Counted from the stretch's first letter, positions 36,995-51,357 are shown. The stretch: DNA of 64,000 bases from Geosiphon pyriformis uo1 (GCA_016748015.1 JAAOMT010000523.1:248001-312000); one strand, 5' to 3'. Notes: generated by a model from the letters alone, not told the origin. Numbers and translations: made by a program.

Positions 36995-38959
36995 TTGCTG
37001 TTTCTGGTAATGCCTGTCATTTTGTCAGGAATATTTTTCAATCAATTTGTTGTGCTCATTGGGAAGCTGGGCCTGGTTGTGACATGGTTCCGGATGCGAT
37101 GATTAGTTGCATAAACTGAGTTGTCACAGCAAAGGTGTGGCATTCTGATTCTCATATGCTTGCTGGGTTCACTAGCCACGCATCCTCAACACTTCGCACT
37201 TATATTATGAAAGCTGTACACAAAAGGTTGCCGGTGGCGGTAAGAAAAAGGTTGTATGATAAGTGCTACCCTAGTGTATTGTGTTTGTTTTACAGTGAGG
37301 TGGAGTTCTCTGACCATGCTTTTACTTGTGTTTATGAGTCTGGTGTCCGTGGTGAGATTTTGGTGGAGGCTTCTGCCTGTTGGTCAGCTTTGGCTGGTGG
37401 TTCCCCTGCTTCTGCTGTGTTGCGAGTTTTGTCTCAATGTTCCATTGATGTTGGGCTGTACACTTTGGTGTGCAAAGGGTTTGTGCTGGAGGAGTGGTAT
37501 GAGGAGACTTGTGGTATTTTTGAGGATAGAAAGGTGGCCGCTGCTCGGATTGTTGATTATGTCAGGTTTGTTGTTGGGTTACATTGTGCTAGAGTATGAT
37601 TGGCTAGAGCCAGCCACCAGGTGGTGATGGAGAAGGCTGGTCTGGTCTGTGATGTTAGTGTTGTTTCTGGGCTCCCTTGTGGTATGTCTTCGGTTTTGTC
37701 TGATGGTGTTGTGAGATTGCTTGGTGTGACCAATTCCTTTGCTGTTAGCTTTGGTCATCGGAAGCCTTATTGTTTCTTTTCTGGTCTGGGTGGCAGTGTG
37801 TGGGTAATTATAGATGTATAGTGTTGCCTTGTCTGGCCTGAGTGGCTAGCCACATGTAGAAAGTGCATGAGTCATGTTTAGTTTGAGCCTCTTAGTTTGG
37901 TTCTGTATACTAGATAGCAATTGGGCTACACTCATTAAATATGTTAAAAAAAAAAATATCATAATTTTATTATAATATAATTGAATTAATTTTAATAATA
38001 TAATTAATTTTAACAATAATTTTTTCTATATATAAATTCTATAAAATTTTAAATATATTTATTAATATATGTTTTATAATTTGGTACTGTAATTTTTTTA
38101 TATTTTTTAACAATTTTTATAATTGAGTTTTTTATATAAAAAACAGAAATCCAAATATTAATAGTTAATAATACTTTATGTTAATATAATAACCAATTTA
38201 TTTTAGTGTTTTTTACTTTTTGAATAAGCTAATTATTAATAAGTTAATTTTATACTTATTTATATGTTTTTTATTAAATTATTTTTAATATTATAATTTT
38301 AATACTTATTTTTTTAATTAATTAATTAATTCAAAAATAAAAATTAATATTTTGTTAATAGTTATAATTAAATATATAAAAATTTTTGAAATATTTATTT
38401 TTAATATTAATTGCTTATAAAATAAAGTAAATAAAATAATTATCTTTAATAATTATTAAAAATTATGTAATTTTTTTAATTTTTAATAAGTTTTTATTAT
38501 TTTGTAAAATAAGTTAAAAATAATTAAATAAATAAAATTTAAACTATGTTGATTGCTTTTTAATAGATTTTAAAATTAGATATTAAATATTTTATTTAGT
38601 TTTATTATTATATATATATATATATATATTGTTTTTATAATATAAAATACTTGAATATTTTTAATATTTTTATATATTTTTGAATTATATTTTAAACATA
38701 TTTGGAATTTTTAATATTTTAATATTTTTTATTATATTATTTTGTTAACTTTAATAAATAATTATTTAATATATATTATATATTAAATATTAATATTTTT
38801 TTTGTTTTTTTTATAAATAATATTAATTAATTTTGTTAATTAAAAAACTAAGAATATAATTAAGTTTATTAATAAGTTTTTAACAAAAAAATATATTTTA
38901 ATTAAAACTGTTTAATATAATACTTTAATAAACATTTAAAAATTGATACATTCCAAATT

Positions 38960-41900
38960 TTTTAAAGGGCATTTTTTGAAAAAGAAGTTTTTTATTTTTT
39001 TGTTTTTGTCTTTTTTGTTTTATTATTTCAACATTTTTTAAACAAATAATCTTTTTGTGATATATCTGGTGGCTACTTTTAATAACAATATGTCTAAAAA
39101 AAAAGACATCCAAAGAGGTTTTTCATAGACCTGTTGAGAGTTTTTTTTCTTAAAAAAAAAGAGTTTTCTAATTGGTAATGTCAAATACTCTAATAATGAA
39201 AAAAAAATTTTTCTGGTTAAATCTAATTTTGATGAGAATATGTATTTAAACATAAATAATGAATTTGATAACAGTAATAATAAAAATATCTTAGCAGGTA
39301 TTAATAGTAGTTTTTTTTGGTTTAATAATAACAACTCCAAAAGCAAAAAAAGTTGTTAATGACTTAAAATATGATTCTCTTTTTGGTAAAATTGTTTTTG
39401 ACATAGATGAAGATAATAGATCTCTTTTTTTTTTTTTAATATATCTTTGGCAAAAAGATGAATAGATCTAAAAATAGTAAAAACTTAAATAAAAATGACA
39501 GTAAAAAAACTTTTTACATTAAACATTAATTATTCAGTAATAAAGAAAAAATCAGCAATAGCAAAGACACAATTCATCAGAAAAATTTTTTTATCTATCA
39601 ATGTTTTTGAAAAGATCACTACTTTTTTAAAGTTTAAAGAGATTATCAAAGCTATGTTTACATTAAAGAAAAGCATAGAAAAGACCACTTTATTGGCCAG
39701 AAAAAAAAGCATTATTGTAAATTTCAATTTAAGAAAACAAAAAATTAGGTTAGATTAGGCTGTAATAATCAAAAAATTTCTATAAACACACCAAAAAAAA
39801 TGATCATTGCTGCAATAGCTAAGTTTGGTAAAATAGTGTTAATTTGATTGCAATTAATTAGACTATAACAGAAAGCTGTAGTGGAATTTATTAAATTGGA
39901 TCAGACCAATTAATTAGCAGCTAAGTGGTTATTTTTGATTGGAAAAAATTCTGTGTATATAACCAAAACTATGAGGAATTGTAAGACTTAAATATTAAGA
40001 GATCAGTTTAAGATGCTTTTGTTTACTTTATTAATGAGAACAACTGTTTATAATCTTAGTACTTTGTTAAAAAAGTTTGGTGAAAAAATCTGTATTATCA
40101 ATTGGTTATTTAAATCTAACAATAAAGTTCATTGTATTGTAGTTGGTTTTATATCAAAGAAAGATTTGGAGTCTGCTTTTTGCATAAAGCCTATTTTGAA
40201 TAGTATTAAGTTATTCTGAACTAGGATAGTTCTGACTTGTTGTAAAAAATATAAGTGTTTTGGTTATTTGTTATTAAAATATAACTTTTTATTGTTCTCT
40301 GTTCTAGTTTAAGAAATGATTTATAAAAAGTTTGTCTTCAATCAGAATTGTTTACAACTTGCTTATTTCTATGCAAAGAAAAGAGTACTAATATTCTAAT
40401 CTGTTGCTTTTGGTGACAAGTTTTGGATACAAATAGTTTTTTTAGTGGCTGCTCTTATTGGTGCCTATTCTGGCTCTTCTTTTATGTCTTTTTTGCTTGA
40501 AGTTTTATATTTGAATAATGTTCTTCTTGCTTTTTGAAATGTGTTTTCTGTAAATAATTAGTTGGCTTTTTTGAAATACTTTTTAGAACTGCTAACAGAC
40601 CAAGTATTAATAATTGTGCACAAATTAAGCAACTTGAATTTAAAGCTTTTTGTGTCTGTTTTGCTTTTATCTGTCTTGGTAGGTTTTTTAGTCTTGAATT
40701 TAAATTCAGTTTTGAATATGAATTTAAATACTTCTCTTATATTTTCTGTGTTTTTAAACTCAGATATGGTCTTGAACATTCTATATAGTTCTTTTTTTTC
40801 TGTTTTACTAGAATTAGCTAAGTTTTCAAAAATAAGCTTAAACAGCTCTAAGGTTTTGATCATCAAAGTTGGAAGTTTAAAAGCTAAAATAATTGTTTTT
40901 GAGATGTCTGTTAGTTTAATATTGGCTAAATTAAATCAACTGTATGTTAAATTAGACTCTCCATCTCTTTTTTTTTCTTAATGATTAAGTTCATTTGAAA
41001 AATTGCTATATGTAAAATTAAAAAAATAAACAATTCAGTTAAGCAAAAAGACATTGTTTAATGGCATAAAAATAAAGACAATTTTATATCTATTGTTATA
41101 AAGACAAAGCTAAAAAACAAAGTTCACTTCTGGATAATACACAAATTTGATGAAATTAGAGTTTTCACTTTCAATATTAAATCCAATTATCTGGGGTTGG
41201 GTGTTGTTGTAATAATTAACAACAATATTGTAAAACATGTATACAAAATTTCAAAGGTGGCTGATCAGCTGTTATTAATATGTTTGTTGTTTAAGAATCA
41301 TCTTTTAATTTTTATTTTTGGTTTGTATACTAAAGCCACTTTGGGTAAAAGATTAATTCAGTTATGTGAAGTCAATTTGATAGTGGCTAAAGCTTTGAAT
41401 AATAGCATTTTTGTGGTTCTTAGAAATGACTTTAATGAAAATAAATCCAGGTATAGTGCAAATTTTAAGAAGTTTTTAAACATAAGTTTATGCAACTCTT
41501 TTAATGAATTATTAATATGCAAATTACCAATGTGGTCCAATTTTAAAGAGGTCAAAAAATACATAGATTTTATTTTAGTTAGTAATAGTTTTAAAAATTT
41601 GTCTTTTAATCAACAAGTTTATTGTCCAGACAAACTTTTTAATACTAATTACATGAATGTTTCAACCAATATTGGTTTGAAGGGACTTTTCAGTTTCCAA
41701 CTTGTTTCAGTATACAAACAGATTATTAAGAATAGATGAAAGTTCAAAGTCAATAATATTGATGAAAAAGTCTGGAAAAAGTTTGAGAGATTATTGTTGG
41801 TTGTTGTTTGAACTGCTACCAATAATTTGGAAGATTGTAAAAAGAGTTTTAACATCAATAGAATGTAGAAACTGCTCAGTTGGATAATTGGTTCTATTGC

Positions 41901-42597
41901 TAAAGCCACTTTTTCAAAAACATAGTTCTGAAGTAATAATATAGCCAAATATGCTGTATCTTTTAAATCTCACAAATTAGAATTACTAGTATCTAAGATC
42001 TTAAAGATATACAAGTTAAATAATATAAAAAAATTTCAGGTTTTAGTAATTAAATAAATTGAATTAGATTTTATTCAAGCTGTAAAATTCAAAAAAGTGT
42101 TTGATGATAATAGCAACAGAGTTTTAATTGAACAATTATTAGCTTGTTTCAAAAAATATTATAGATTTTGTAAATTGTCAAAGTCTAGAATGGCTGAGAA
42201 TTTCTACATTAAAACTTCTATTATCAAATGCATAGAAATCTTTACCAGCAACAAGAATTAGATAATAAGAAGTGTATTAAAAAAGTCTTTCAGAAAGATT
42301 ATATTGGATTATTTAGTAGATAATAGTAATCTGATTTTGAAGTTTAATTTGGTCAAGAACAGAGTTAATTCAATCATAAAAAATTGGGCCAAAAGACATA
42401 TAGTTAAAAATATTGTTTCTGTTTGTTAATAGAAGCAGTTTACATTTTTTAATCATATTAAAGCTAAAATGTTTTCTGGTATTATAGAGTCTATTAGTTT
42501 TGACAAATTTATGTTGATAATCAATGCTCTTCTTAATAATAAGACTGCTGACCTATCTAATATTTTCAATGAGATGTAAAAATAGTGCAATAAATAT
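38960..42597 (+). mobile_element. LINE-3: heavily decayed, 3'-truncated LINE (ORF1, APE, pre-RT region)
   Basis: 5' UTR and ORF1 start resemble LINE-2; ORF1/ORF2 junction at ~40980; LRNDFNE, IDFIL; ends at an LTR. Confidence 0.82.
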
Positions 42598-43560
42598 TGT
42601 TGCTCATAGAAATTAGAAATTATAATAATAAGTAGAATAGCTAATCAGAAATAGGCATAATAAAAAGAAGAATTGCAGAATTCCAGAATTCTTTTCAAGG
42701 AATTACAAAATTTTCAGGAATCTTATATAACATAAATTATATATATATAGTGAGAGTATTAAAAGCAGAAAAAGTAATTTCAAGAGAATTTAACAATATT
42801 TTTCTCTTCAAAAAATAGTTTTCTATAACTTGAAATGGAATTATTCTTATATTAATAAAATTATTTATTATTATCAAATCCATATTATTATTACTTAATT
42901 AAAGAAATATTAATCTATTTTACTCTACCAATACTTTATGTTGATAAAATTGAATACTTAACTATATTAAACCAATAGTTCTTAATAATAGCTATTAACA
43001 GTATACTAATTTCTTATTTTTTTTTCTTATTTTCTTTTATTTTTTTTGCTTTATTTTTTTGTTGTTTACTAATTAATTAAAAAAATTAAGCATTAAGTAT
43101 TTGACATCAAAAATAGCTTAATAAAAGATTTAAAAATAAAAGTAAAAATTTAAGAATAATTTATTAGAAGAGCATAACTGTCAAAATAAACTTGCCATTA
43201 TACTGAAAAAAAAAATTCATAAAAGAAATCATTAATTAAATCTTTGTTTATTATACAAAAAACTCAACCAAAACCTTCAAACTCCAAAATCTTTAGAAAT
43301 TACCAACATTATCAGCTATTGAATACCAAGTTATGGGTTTGTTATTTGTTTCAACACTTTAAATAATCATTTGTAATATTTGGTGCTTTCTGTAAAATAT
43401 AATCCAACAGAGAATTAGTACTAGCATTAATCATCCAGAAAAATAGCAAACCAAGAAATCATAGAAGAAAATCATTTAAAATTTGTGAAATCCTTATTTC
43501 AACATTACCAAATTTATCTTGGACTGATAAGTAATCATTGGCCAGCAGAATTAGCTTTCA
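42598..43560 (+). mobile_element. Family B LTR (42598-43378) with PBS-like TGGTGCTTTCTGT and a short internal stub
   Basis: Aligns with 58726-59580; the stub matches the reverse complement of 14600-14700 of family C. Confidence 0.8.
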
Positions 43561-43570
43561 ATTTTTATGT

Positions 43571-44357
43571 TGTTATAAGTAATTATTTGAGATGTTAGAA
43601 CAAATAACAAACTCATAACTTAGTGCTTAATAGCTAATAATGTTGATAATTTTTGAAGGTTTTATAGAGTTTGAAGGTTTTGGTTGAGTTTTTTGTATAA
43701 TGAATAGAGATTCAATTAATGGTTTTTTTTGTGAATTTTTTTCTTTAGTGTAATAACTAATTTATTCTGGCTGTGCTTTTTTAGTAAGCTATTCTTAAAT
43801 TTTTATTCTTATTCCTGGATCTTTTACTAGACTATCTTTAATGTCAAATAGTCAGCACTTAATTTTTTTAATTAATTAGTAAACAACAAAAAAATGAAAT
43901 AAAAAAAAATAAAAAAAATAAAAAAAATAAAAAATAAAAATAAAAAATTAGTATCTTGTTAATAGCTATGATTAAGAGCTATTAGTTTAATATAGTTAAG
44001 TATTGAATTTTATCAATATAGAATATTAATAATAAAAAGTGATTAATATTCTTAAGCAAGTAACAATAATATATATTGAATAATAATTAGATATTTTATT
44101 GATATTAATAAGTTTTTACTTTAAGTTATAGAAAACTATCTTTTAAAAAAAGAGATATTGGGGTTTTGAACTTTATCAAAATTTTGAATATTTTTCTGCT
44201 TTTAATACTCTTGCTATATATATATAATTTGTATTATACAAAATTTCTGAAAATTTTGCAATTCTTTAAGAAAATTCTGGAATTTTCCATTTTATTATGT
44301 CTATTTCTAATTAGTTATTTTATCTATTATTATAATTCCTAATTTTTATGAGTAATA
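43571..44357 (-). repeat. Family B LTR in inverted orientation
   Basis: Reverse complement of 42598-43378 and 58726-59580. Confidence 0.82.
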
Positions 44358-44461
44358 CTGGTTTTTTATTAAATTTTATATTATAATTTATTAAGTTTTA
44401 TAAAAACAATAAATAATTAATCAAAATGTTTAATTTAAATAAAAAATTTAATAATTAATGT

Positions 44462-46650
44462 TTTAATAAAATATACTTAAAAACTATCTAATATAATATG
44501 TTAAACTAAGTAACTTAAATTAAATGTTAATTATATATTTTTTACATATAATCAATTATTTGAATTAATTAAAGCACTAATTAAGCTAAACCAAAAAGAG
44601 TTAAGAGTAAATTTTGTTTACCAAGTCTTTTAATAATACTATTTAAATTTCTAAAATCAAAATAAACTTAATTAAAAACAATCTAGTTTTTTTAATATTA
44701 TTTTTAACTTTAAAATTACATATTTATTATAAAACAACTATATAATTATATATTGTTTTACTTAAAAAACATGCTTTGACAATACTTAAATTATTATTAT
44801 TTATATTACTAAATTTAATCTTAGCTTTAAAATTAACAAAGTTTTAAGAAACATTAAACATAATAAATAAATTTTTTTCAATTTTGTAATTTTTGTGCAT
44901 ATTTTTAAATACAAAAAAAATACCAAAGCAATTAAAAAACTAATAAGTTTAATAATAAATTTTACTAGAACAGCCAAACTTAATATTTGAGATTTTAAGA
45001 AGTTAACTTAGATTTAATGGCAAGATTAACAGTAAAAACAACCAAAAAAATAGCAAAAAAAAATCAAAAAAACAAAAACTATAATATAAAATTTGTTATT
45101 AATAACAAAAAACATAAAAAACAACTTAGAAAAAAGAGAAAAGAACACTTTATAGTCAATAGACAAATAGTTTAAACTTTAATATTTGTAGTAATAGTAA
45201 TAATCAAAAGTTTTCTATTAGATACAATATTTATATAAAACACTAGTTTTTGTTATAACAAGTTTCAAATTTTTTTAGACTTAAAAATAACAATAACAAA
45301 ATATTAATAATGATAAAAATCCGAAAAATAAGAAATAAAACAAATATGACCACCAATCTAAGAAATCATATTACTAATTTTAAAGACAATATAACCAAAA
45401 AAATTAACTAATTTGGCTTTAAAAAAATTTTTTAAGATAATAATCTCTTTTTAATTAAAAAAAAAAATCCAAACACTGTTTTTTTTAACCAGTACAGATT
45501 AATTACTAAGAAGAATAACAGCAAAAAAAAAGTCCTTAAAATTAACAACAGTATATTGTTACAAACCAATAGGCTTTAATTTAACAGAAGTAATAACACC
45601 AAAAATACCAAGAGCATTTTTTATGTTTTCAAAGAATATACTAAGAAATATATTATAGAACACAATAAAGATAGAAAAAAACCAAAAGCCATCACAAAAA
45701 ATTTTGCAATTTTAAACATAGTTAAAAAAAGAGAACCATTAATAAAAACTTTAAGAACAGTAATTAAAAAAGTCTTAAAAACAAAATTTACATAAAACAA
45801 TTTAATATTATCTTTGAAAACTAATTTAAGTTTAACAAAATCAGACAACAGATAAACAAAAAATAACTAAAACCAATTTAATTTTAAAAATATTACCAAA
45901 TACCAAAATAAAAATTATTTATTTAGAGAATTTTTAATAACTAAAAATAGTTTCTTAAACAGTATTAGAAAACAAAAAAAAATTGATTCAATTTCCATTT
46001 GATTAGCCCAATCTTTAAAATTAAGTAACTCAATAATTTGTTAAAAAATATTATATTTGACAATATAATTAATAGTTAATCTTGGCTTATTATAGAAAAT
46101 ATGCTATTGTTATTATTACTTATATTAGAAAAAAAGCTGGTTGCTGTTAAAGATATTTTATTCAAAATTTTATTTAGAATTACAAAGAAATTTAATATAA
46201 TAATAATAATAATAATAATAAATATAAGCAACTGCTGCTGTTTTTTTGATTTCTTAGCTTTTTTGACTATTAGTAAAATAGTAATAGTAATATTGATAAT
46301 AAAAACAAAAAAGATCAGCTTGTTAACTAATCTGTTGTTAAAAACTTTAAAACTTTTAGAAAAGATAGAAACAATATTAGAATTAATATAAGTGTGTTTT
46401 TTAAAAAAAACTTTAATTGAAAAAAAACCATTGACTAAAAGTAAGAAAAATACTTCAAAAGTCATTAAAAACAGTTTTTTATTATTAATATTTAAAAAAA
46501 ATATTACCAAAATATTTTGTTTAGTTGCTTTAATAATAAAAAGATTTTTTTTATTAAAATTTTATTAGTTACTATAAAAAAAATATTGTTTGAAACTTTT
46601 TTACTCTTTGTTTTAATTATGATCATAAAAATAGAAAAAAAAAAGAGTTT
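44462..46650 (-). mobile_element. Very decayed ORF1-only poly(A)-type retroelement, same family as 57073-60215
   Basis: 5' end and ORF fragments (KVFNNRLVNKL, VFKDNIKLF) match the 57-kb element; 44462-44580 is an AT-converted copy of the shared 3' UTR; no ORF2 between them. Confidence 0.72.
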
Positions 46651-48344
46651 TTAATTATTAAGTTTTATACTTTAAGAAAAACTTTAAAAATTTTTTTAAA
46701 ATTAAAAAACTTAAAATTAATTAACAATTTTTTTAAATAAAAGTTATTATATATTTAAAAAAAATTTATAAAAAAAATTGAATAATAATTACTTAAAATA
46801 CTTATTTTGAATATTTTTTAATATAATAAAATATATATTGTATTAACAAAATTAAATTAGTAATAATATATTAATTACAAAAACAACAAAAAACAAAACA
46901 AATAAAAAATTTAATAATTTTTAAAAAAAAAATTTAATAAAAATAATAATAATAATAATAATATATAAAATAAAAAAATTATTATTTATAGTCAAAACAA
47001 AATCAAGCATTAGAATTAGAATTAACATTATAAAATTGATAAAAATATTAAAAACCAAAAAAATTAATATTTATTTTTATAAAAAGAAAAACAAACTTTA
47101 AATTAAAAATAATATTTTAAAAAACATTAAAAAAATATTGTTTTTTAGTATTTTTAAAAAATTGATTTTAAATTTGTTGAAAATTTTTTTTTGGTTTTTT
47201 GTTATTTAAACAAACAATTAAATTATAATTTAAAGTTTTAAAACTTTTGATAATAATAATATTATTATTAAAATTACTTTTAATATATTATTTTAAAAAT
47301 TTAAATAAAAAAAACTTTTATTATAAGCTAAAATTTATTTAATATTTAAAAAAAATTTTATGTTTATATTATTTAAAAACATTTTAACAAAATATTTTTA
47401 TAATTATTTTAATAATATATTATTTTTAAATAAATTTTTATAATCTACTTTTATCTTTATTATAAGTAATAAAAATGTTTTTAACCAATTTTATTATTTT
47501 ATTTTTAATCAATTTATTTTTTTAATTATATTATATTAAATTTTACAACACATATGTAAATTTCAATAATTTTAAAATAAAGATTCAGTTGTTAAATTAG
47601 TTTTTTTAAACTATTAATTATAATATTTTAATTCAATTTTATAAAATAAAAAACTTATTTTTATTAAATATTAACAAAATATTATTAGTAACAATTTGTT
47701 GATTTTTGGTTTTTAAAAAAGTTATTTAAAAATTAACACTAATTATTATTTTTGTTAGCTAGAATAGTTTTAACATGATTGTGTACTTTCTCAATTATAT
47801 ATACCTGTTTTTTTCTTTCTCAATCTTCAGATTTAATGCGAATCACACTAAATTGTGTTATAATTTTTGATATTCCAAGGGGTTTGCTTAGCCCATAGAA
47901 AGATTAGAAAGCGTTAATTCGAGGTCGGGAAAGTTCATATTTCACTTATTATATTGCTAACATATTACGTTTCTTAGAATCTCGTCAGCCACCCAGTGTT
48001 CCCATAAAAACCCAATGCGAAGGATCTATTAGGGGATCTATTTTTAAAAATTAATTTGCTGATTAATACTATGAATAACAATTCATTTAAATGTCTAGGA
48101 ATACAATTGAGTTACATTTCTAACAAAGAATTTCCGGAATAAATTTAATATCAATTAATCCATTTCTTGGACGTGCTTTAAAATTAGTTAGTAAATATCG
48201 AAATCACCTGAAGCTTAAATTCGAAGTTATATATAAATGAATATCAAACGCCAAACAAAATCACACCCAGATAAACCATAAGGAGAAGTGTACATTTTTG
48301 AGTGGCAGAAAGATAACATCTTGATTCTATCGAGTCACAGAACA

Positions 48345-49951
48345 TTATTCTGCGGGTATTCCATTCACATCATTTTCCTTTTCATCTTTTGATGCTTTGC
48401 TCTGCCAAAGACCATAACTCTTTCCCGGTGTAGTCTATATTGCGGAGTAATATGATCCAAATTGATAAAATTGCAAAAGAGAATAATATTGAAGACATAA
48501 AATTTTCTTGGTTTTTCTATTTTACATACCTGCCACAATCTTATGGTACCATCCTCTGCACACCGATTAAAATGAATCAAAGAATTGATAATCAAGAAAG
48601 AAGTTTGAGACAGCTGAGCGGATAGAGTTTAAAAAATTAGTTCAATAAGTTAAATTACCTGAACCCGTGGCATAAATCTCACCATCAGGGCTATAACTGA
48701 CAGTGTGAATTGGACCGTGATGCCCTTTGTATACCTCTTTAAATTCAAAGATCAATTAATAAATGATGAAAAAGAGCACTCATTACAGCAAAGCTTGCCA
48801 CCTACCGAGTTCTTTTCCACTCTCGAAATCGTAAATTCGTACCCATAAATCATGACTTCCACCGGCAACAAAACGCTTGTGGTCAGGGTGTAAAGAAACT
48901 GATGAAACATCATATGCCGTTGCGATGGATTTCGAGAGTTGATAGCTAATTCATCAATTGAATTCAAGTATTATTTAGATTTTCATATGAATAACATTCC
49001 TTTTGTCTTACGTCGATGCATCCAAAAAATATACAGTTTTGCCGGCTGTGCAAGTAATATATTTCCCATCTGCCGAAAGTTCCATACTTGTAATGGAATG
49101 TTCTGTCTTAAAACTATTAACTTGACTAAAATTGCGAAGGTCCCAAATACTAAGGGTGAATTCAATTCATGGGTTAAAAGCTATTTATGGATAATGTAAA
49201 AAATATGAACATAAAATCCCTTTATTGTAGCTCACCGGATCTCTTTATCATCACCAGCACTTAAGACTACATTCCTTTCACCGTCCCAAATTACACTTTT
49301 GATTGTAGATTCATGGCCCTCTGCTTCTGACACAACCTCCTCAGGTTTATTCAAATCATATATTCTCAATTTTTTCTCTTGACCCCCTGATACAATGCGT
49401 GTTCCATCATCTGAAATGTCAGCCGAACGCACAATGTGTGCATGAGTAAAGGAATGAAGAACATCTCCGGTGTAAGTATCCCATACTTTACTGCAATTGC
49501 CAAAAGAAGATGATTGAAAATTGAATTAGCAAAACCTGTTTAAAGTCTCACATTAAAAGATGTGGTAAGAAAATTGCAAGCGAGAGTAAAGTACCCACGC
49601 GGTAAAATCTGCAGAAGCTGTAACGGCTTTAGATGCTTCCTTGCTCAGCTTTGCGCTCCAAACGGCTCCTTTATGTCCCGTAAAAGTACCTATCCAATCT
49701 CCAGTTGGACCATCTCTCAACATTGGATTGCCATCTAAATAAAGAACAGTAAGATTAAATAAGTTGCATTAAAAGTACGAAACGTCAAGAGGGTGCAAAA
49801 ATTAAGGTCATATACCTTTGCAAGCGCTTATCAAATAATATGTCCCATCAGTTATGGGTGAAAACTGTAAATGAACAACGGGTCGGGTGTGACCTGAGCA
49901 TGTCAATGGAATAACTCTTGAAGGATTTGTGTTCGGAGGCTGTGTTGTCAT
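48345..49951 (-). CDS. STRAP: WD40 protein, STRAP/unrip-like (multi-exon)
   Basis: [69 protein letters not shown]; GT-AG introns. Confidence 0.9.
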
Positions 49952-50721
49952 TTTTAGAATTTGAGTATCTCGAAGATGATTAAGATTTGAAAATTTAGAG
50001 CGAAAATAAATAAATTGGACAAGCCAAAGGGTAAAAGATGAGGAATTGCCTTAACCCTTCAACCGCACCAAGAATGTTTTGTAGTTTAAGAATTTGACCG
50101 GATTGTCACTTTTTTTGATGACGTATTATTAATAATGTGAGATTTAATGGTAATTGGAAAATCTCTGAGAAACTCTAATTTTCTCGGATACCCTGAGATT
50201 ATCAAATATTAAAAAATGGTTATATATATACATGAAAAAATAGTATAAATTCACTTTTATTTGAAATATGTCGAATTAATAATCTATTTTATGAGACCAT
50301 TAAGTATATGTTTACAAAATTTACGAAAATATTTTAAAATTTAATGTCAACCAATATTTATCAATTATAAAAATAAATAAAATAAAATAAAAATATGTAT
50401 TAAAAAGACTATTTTTATTTTCAATGTTATAAAATATTACAAAAAATTTTGTGATAATTACAAAATATTAAAATTAAACTATGAATAAATATAAACTTAA
50501 AAAAATCAAACTATTTTATTATTCAAAATATCAACCAAATATTAATAATTTATTGTTTTTGCCAATAATGATATAAAATATCAAATTTTTTTAAATATAT
50601 GCATATTTAATAAACATTAATAAAAATATATATAATTAAAATAAATTATTTTTTTATAATTTAATATTTTGTATTTTATGTAATAAAAAATTACAACCAA
50701 AATTATATTTCAATTAATATT

Positions 50722-50723
50722 TA

Positions 50724-50795
<72 letters not shown>

Positions 50796-50872
50796 TATTA
50801 TTATTATTATTATTATTACTATTATTACTATTATTATTATTGTTATTATTATTATTATTACTATTATTATTA
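50722..50872. repeat. (ATT)n microsatellite
   Basis: ~150 bp of ATT units with a few ACT/GTT variants. Confidence 0.95.
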
Positions 50873-51357
50873 TGCTTTATAAATATTATTATTTATATTG
50901 AAAATTTTAATAATTTTTGTTAAACAGCAGTTTATTTTAAAATAATAATAATAACTTGTACTTTGATTTTTAAGGTTAAAAAAAAGAAAGTTAATTGCTG
51001 AAGGTAGACATTATTTTTATTTCAACTTATTTTTTATTTTTTGGTTAAAAAGGTTGGTTTTATAGAAAATTATTATTTTTTATGATTGATTTTCTTAGAA
51101 AAATAAAATGAAACAATTTAATATTATGATCACTTCGTCTGATTTTGTTGCCATATCTCATTTGTTATTTGTTAATAAACAAAGATCATAACCTTTTAAA
51201 AAGAATTCCAGAAATAACAAATTGGGTGGAATTATTGAATCACATGTACTTTAGGCCTGCTATAATATTCCAGACTCTAAATGAGTCAAGGAAAATAAAA
51301 TTGGAACTTTTATTTAGATCAATCCTCATTTTAAGAGGAAATAGAGTGAAATCGACG

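Larger units (their letters stand above)
22783..37821 (+). pseudogene. LINE ORF2: APE endonuclease, RT, RNase H, C-terminal zinc finger (22783-26644 plus 36999-37821)
   Basis: ATCNVQG, TETKL, GGDFN, IDYIF; KAYDSVGW, QGKVFSPLLW, FVDDT; TDGSL..DSQ..WVKVKGHSG..GNVKAD; the frame AEGVA|VSGNACH rejoins across the Gypsy insertion. Confidence 0.92.
20697..37955 (+). mobile_element. LINE-1: full-length RNase H-containing non-LTR retrotransposon, interrupted by Gypsy A2
   Basis: TSD ATATCATAA at 20688-20696 and 37956-37964; poly(A) 37946-37955; ORF1 plus ORF2. Confidence 0.93.

Noticed and set aside
2007-37627. Many 60-180 aa antisense or alternative-frame ORFs over TE coding regions
   Set aside because: Shadow ORFs with no motifs and inconsistent conservation between copies; no env-like ORF was found
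42598-44357. DIRS-like or DNA transposon with long inverted terminal repeats
   Set aside because: The repeats are ordinary TG..CA(TA) LTRs, found elsewhere as a solo LTR with a 4-bp TSD; no tyrosine recombinase or transposase
51145-51357. N-terminal extension of THG1 in the ORF track
   Set aside because: Starts at TTG; the conserved Thg1 N-terminus begins at ATG 51358
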